A stretch of 62,254 nucleotides of DNA, counting the filler. It is 5 parts of 5 records of this genome, joined end to end, with 100 filler letters (N's around TTAATTAATTAA, not from the genome) between each part and the next. Parts side by side here need not be neighbours in the genome. Positions count along the whole stretch, not along the records: positions 54,763 to 62,254 come from DRR723986_1763; 4 more parts are not named here. The stretch is one strand, 5' to 3'. Position numbers and translations under genes: made by a program. This document shows, piece after piece, positions 58,996-62,254 of the stretch. The notes under the pieces are model-generated. The model searched no databases, had not been told where the DNA came from, and worked only from the letters and a program-made list of their open reading frames with translations. Numbering within the stretch: position 1 is the stretch's first letter; every line of letters starts with the position of its first letter.

Positions 58996-60165
58996 ATGAA
59001 CCAGCCTCTTTTTCAACCGTCTCGCCGCAGTGACGTTGCCCCCTTCATCGCAATGGATGTTCTTGCCGAAGCGGCACGTCTGGAAGCGCAGGGGCGCAAG
59101 ATCATTCATATGGAAGTCGGGCAGCCATCGGCCCCGGCGCCCAAGGCTGCGTTGGATATGGCGAGAAAAGCTCTGGATCACGGTCGTCTCGGCTACACCG
59201 AAGCGCTTGGCATCCGCCCGTTGCGCGCGGCATTGGCTGCGCATTATCGAACGACCTATGGCGTCGACGTGCCTGTCGAGCGGATCATGGCAACCACGGG
59301 CTCATCAGCCGGTTTCAATCTCGCCTTCCTTGCCGCGTTTGATCCCGGGGACCGAATTGTCCTGACGGCTCCAGGTTATCCGGCCTATCGCAACATCCTG
59401 AAAGCCCTTGGTCTTGTTGCGGTCGAGATCGAAGTCGGGGAGGAAACCCGGTGGAGCCTGACGCCGGCGCATCTGGAAGAGGCTCAAAAAGAAGGTCCTG
59501 TGAAAGGCGTCCTGGTTGCGAGTCCGGCCAATCCGACCGGTACGATGATGACGGCCGATGCGCTGGAAGACCTGATCCGCTATTGTGACGAGGCGGGCAT
59601 ATGGTTCATCTCGGATGAGATCTACCATGGGCTTTGCTACGACGGTGAAGAGAAGACCGCGCTGGAAACATCGCAGAATGTCATTATCGTCAACAGTTTC
59701 TCGAAATACTATTGCATGACCGGCTGGCGCATTGGCTGGCTGGTGTTGCCGGAACAACTGGTGCGCCCAACAGAGCGGATTGCCCAGAGCCTCTATATTT
59801 CTCCGCCGGAACTGTCCCAGATCGCTGCGGGAGCAGCACTCAATTCGGTTCAGGAACTGGAAGCGGTCAAGGCAGGGTATGCTGCCAACCGCGCCTTGCT
59901 TCTCGACGGTTTGCCGAAAATCGGTCTCGACAAGCTGTTGCCGGTAGACGGGGCCTTTTACATCTATGCAGACATAAGCCGGTTCAGCTCGGACAGTCTC
60001 GATTTCGCCAGGCGTATGCTGCACGAGGCGGGTGTCGCGGCAACGCCCGGTGTCGATTTCGATCCCGTGCACGGTCATGAGTTCTTGCGCTTTTCCTTTG
60101 CAGGTGCGCATGACGATATGAAGTTGGCGCTTGAGAAGCTCACGGGTTTTCTCAAAGAAGACTGA
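58996..60165 (+). CDS. PLP-dependent class I/II aminotransferase
   Basis: SPANPTG, SDEIYH, NSFSKYYCMTGWRIGW. Confidence 0.95.
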   Translation: MNQPLFQPSRRSDVAPFIAMDVLAEAARLEAQGRKIIHMEVGQPSAPAPKAALDMARKALDHGRLGYTEALGIRPLRAALAAHYRTTYGVDVPVERIMATTGSSAGFNLAFLAAFDPGDRIVLTAPGYPAYRNILKALGLVAVEIEVGEETRWSLTPAHLEEAQKEGPVKGVLVASPANPTGTMMTADALEDLIRYCDEAGIWFISDEIYHGLCYDGEEKTALETSQNVIIVNSFSKYYCMTGWRIGWLVLPEQLVRPTERIAQSLYISPPELSQIAAGAALNSVQELEAVKAGYAANRALLLDGLPKIGLDKLLPVDGAFYIYADISRFSSDSLDFARRMLHEAGVAATPGVDFDPVHGHEFLRFSFAGAHDDMKLALEKLTGFLKED

Positions 60166-60186
60166 TCATCGATCGCATCGGACAAC

Positions 60187-60212
60187 AAAAAAGGCGGCAC
60201 ACCGGCCGCCTT
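60187..60212 (-). terminator. Terminator between the convergent aminotransferase and rne genes
   Basis: AAGGCGGC-ACACCG-GCCGCCTT, with an A-tract on the left that is a U-tract for rne. Confidence 0.8.
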
Positions 60213-60243
60213 CTCCATTTCAAAGCTGGTTGATGTTACCGGT

Positions 60244-62254
60244 TCAGAAGAACGACCGGCCACGTTGCCACCAGCCGCCGCGTTTCGGCTTGTCTTCCTT
60301 GTCGTCGTCTCCAGATGTTTCGCTGGTTACGACAGGCTCGGCCGGTGCCTTGCGCGCAGGTGCTTCTTCTTCGGCATCGGCTTCGCTGGCAATCGGCTGC
60401 TCGGACGTCGGCGTTTCGACCACGATCGTGTCAGCTTCAGCCATCACCGGTGTCTCATCTGCCGCATCGGCCTCTACAGGAACAGCGGCACCGTCCTGCT
60501 GCGCAGTTTCTTCCGCAGGGCTTTCGCCGCTAGCGTCCGAAACTGTGTCGCCATCGACGGCCTTTGCCTCATCAGCCTGAGCATCATCCTGTGATGCGGC
60601 TCCCGCAGCTTCTGTTTCCTGACCGCTTTCGGCGACGGCTACGGCTTCGGAACCGGACTGATCGTCCTGCTTTTCTTCAGAGGAAGCGGCTTCGCGAGTT
60701 TCGTCATTGGTCTCGCCGTCGTTTTCAGCGCCACCTTCTGCCTGCATGTCGTCACCGTTGCGACGGCCGCGGCGACCACCACGGCGTCCACGGCGGCGCT
60801 TGCGACGCGGTTCATCGTCACCGTCCTCTTCACCACCGGAACGGGCTTCCTGCGGCTGCTCGTCATCGCCATCGGCATCGTCTGCCTCGGCGTTGACCTG
60901 GCGCGATTCGCCATCGTCCTGCTGGTTGTCGGAACCACCCCTCCGGCGCTTGCGCCGGCGGCGCCGGCGGCGACCGTCATTGTCGTCTTCCTGAGCGAAT
61001 TCCTCGATGTCCGGCTGTTCGGTGTCTTCGTCGATGATCTCGATCGTATCCGGCTGGACAATAGCAGGAACGGGCATCGGCACACGGTCGCGATCGACCG
61101 GTGCACCGCGCTCCAGAACGTAGAGCTGGCCGTTGACCATGTCGTCCGCATGCACTTCGACATCGATGGCGAAGCGGGTTTCCAGATCGACCAGGTTCGA
61201 ACGTTTCTGGTTGAGGATATAGAGCGCTACCTGCGTAGTGGTGCGAATGATCAGGTTGTGGGACGCGCCTTTCAGAAGGTTGTCCTCAACCGACCGCAGC
61301 ACGTGAAGGGCAACGGATTCCACAGACCGGATCATGCCGGTGCCCTGGCAATGCGGGCAAGGCGTGGTCGAGCTTTCCAGAACGCCGGTGCGGATGCGCT
61401 GACGCGACATTTCCAGCAGGCCGAAGTGCGAGATCCGGCCAACCTGAATGCGGGCGCGGTCGTTTTTCAGACAATCCTTCAGCTTGCGCTCGACCGACCG
61501 ATTGTTCTTCGACTCTTCCATGTCGATGAAGTCGATGACGATCAGGCCGGCAAGATCGCGCAGGCGCAGCTGTCTGGTCACTTCTTCCGCCGCTTCCAGG
61601 TTGGTCTGGAGCGCGGTGTCCTCGATATTGTGTTCGCGGGTTGACTTGCCGGAGTTCACGTCGATCGAGACCAGAGCTTCGGTCTGGTTGATGACAATAT
61701 AACCACCGGACTTCAGCGTTACCTGCGGCGAGAACATTGCATCGAGCTGCGGTTCGACACCGTAGCGGATAAACAGCGGCGAGGGGTCGCGGTAGGGCTG
61801 GACGTTCTTTGCATGGCTCGGCATGAGCATGCGCATGAAGTCCTTGGCCTCGCGGTAGCCTTCTTCGCCCGCAACAAGGACCTCGTTGATGTCCTTGTTG
61901 TAGAGGTCGCGGATCGATCGCTTGACCAGACTGCCTTCCTCGTAGACGAGGCTTGGAGCACTGGATTTCAAGGTCAGCTCGCGAACGTTTTCCCAAAGCC
62001 GCATCAGGTATTCGAAGTCGCGCTTGATCTCGGCCTTCGTCCGGCTTGCTCCGGCAGTGCGCAGGATCACGCCCATGCCTTCCGGCACATCCAGTTCGGA
62101 GGCGATCTTCTTCAGGCGCTTGCGGTCAGTCGGCTGGGTAATTTTGCGCGAAATGCCGCCGCCACGGGCGGTGTTCGGCATCAGCACGGAATAGCGGCCT
62201 GCGAGCGACAGGTAGGTCGTCAGTGCGGCGCCCTTGTTGCCGCGCTCTTCCTTG
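60244..62254 (-). CDS. rne: Ribonuclease E (5' partial)
   Basis: SIDVNSG, RLRDLAGLIVIDFIDM, CPHCQGTG Zn-link; Arg-rich and acidic disordered C-terminus ending GGWWQR. Confidence 0.97.
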   Translation of the reverse strand, partial: KEERGNKGAALTTYLSLAGRYSVLMPNTARGGGISRKITQPTDRKRLKKIASELDVPEGMGVILRTAGASRTKAEIKRDFEYLMRLWENVRELTLKSSAPSLVYEEGSLVKRSIRDLYNKDINEVLVAGEEGYREAKDFMRMLMPSHAKNVQPYRDPSPLFIRYGVEPQLDAMFSPQVTLKSGGYIVINQTEALVSIDVNSGKSTREHNIEDTALQTNLEAAEEVTRQLRLRDLAGLIVIDFIDMEESKNNRSVERKLKDCLKNDRARIQVGRISHFGLLEMSRQRIRTGVLESSTTPCPHCQGTGMIRSVESVALHVLRSVEDNLLKGASHNLIIRTTTQVALYILNQKRSNLVDLETRFAIDVEVHADDMVNGQLYVLERGAPVDRDRVPMPVPAIVQPDTIEIIDEDTEQPDIEEFAQEDDNDGRRRRRRRKRRRGGSDNQQDDGESRQVNAEADDADGDDEQPQEARSGGEEDGDDEPRRKRRRGRRGGRRGRRNGDDMQAEGGAENDGETNDETREAASSEEKQDDQSGSEAVAVAESGQETEAAGAASQDDAQADEAKAVDGDTVSDASGESPAEETAQQDGAAVPVEADAADETPVMAEADTIVVETPTSEQPIASEADAEEEAPARKAPAEPVVTSETSGDDDKEDKPKRGGWWQRGRSFF

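Noticed and set aside
60560-61000. Arg-rich and acidic low-complexity tracts
   Set aside because: Normal disordered scaffold region of RNase E

Overview
The window is five unrelated assembly contigs joined by 100-bp N/TTAATTAATTAA/N linkers, so adjacency across the linkers means nothing. All five look alphaproteobacterial. (1) 1-19119: a conjugative-plasmid backbone. It has a solitary, C-terminally truncated repC with an upstream antisense-RNA-like locus, TrbM/KikA-like and KorA-like genes, and a virB1-B5-eex-B6-B11 T4SS. The virD4 is split by one in-frame TAG. An LPD7-domain protein, an internally deleted IS1182 and rhamnose catabolism genes follow. (2) 19220-25703: an aminobenzoyl/salicylyl-CoA monooxygenase-type aromatic catabolic operon. 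(3) 25804-31129: Rhodobacteraceae-type housekeeping genes (argS-SPOR-nagZ-scpA-scpB, dcd). (4) 31230-54662: a nicotinate-type cluster (molybdenum hydroxylase, 6-hydroxynicotinate reductase, UPF0280, 2x DUF1185). Beside it is a catabolic island I cannot assign to a known pathway: ABC importer, two TetRs, LLM monooxygenase, flavin reductase, NTF2-like protein, amidase, CoA ligase and beta-oxidation enzymes. (5) 54763-62254: Hyphomicrobiales-type housekeeping genes (accC-accB, dsbA, M48 peptidase, aminotransferase, rne). The best candidate for an undescribed system is the contig-4 island. Three copies of a 16-bp palindrome (TAGTGAnCGnTCACTA) tie its promoters together, and one TetR carries a probable degenerate hotdog-fold N-terminal domain. 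All family assignments come from motif recognition by eye; no searches were run.
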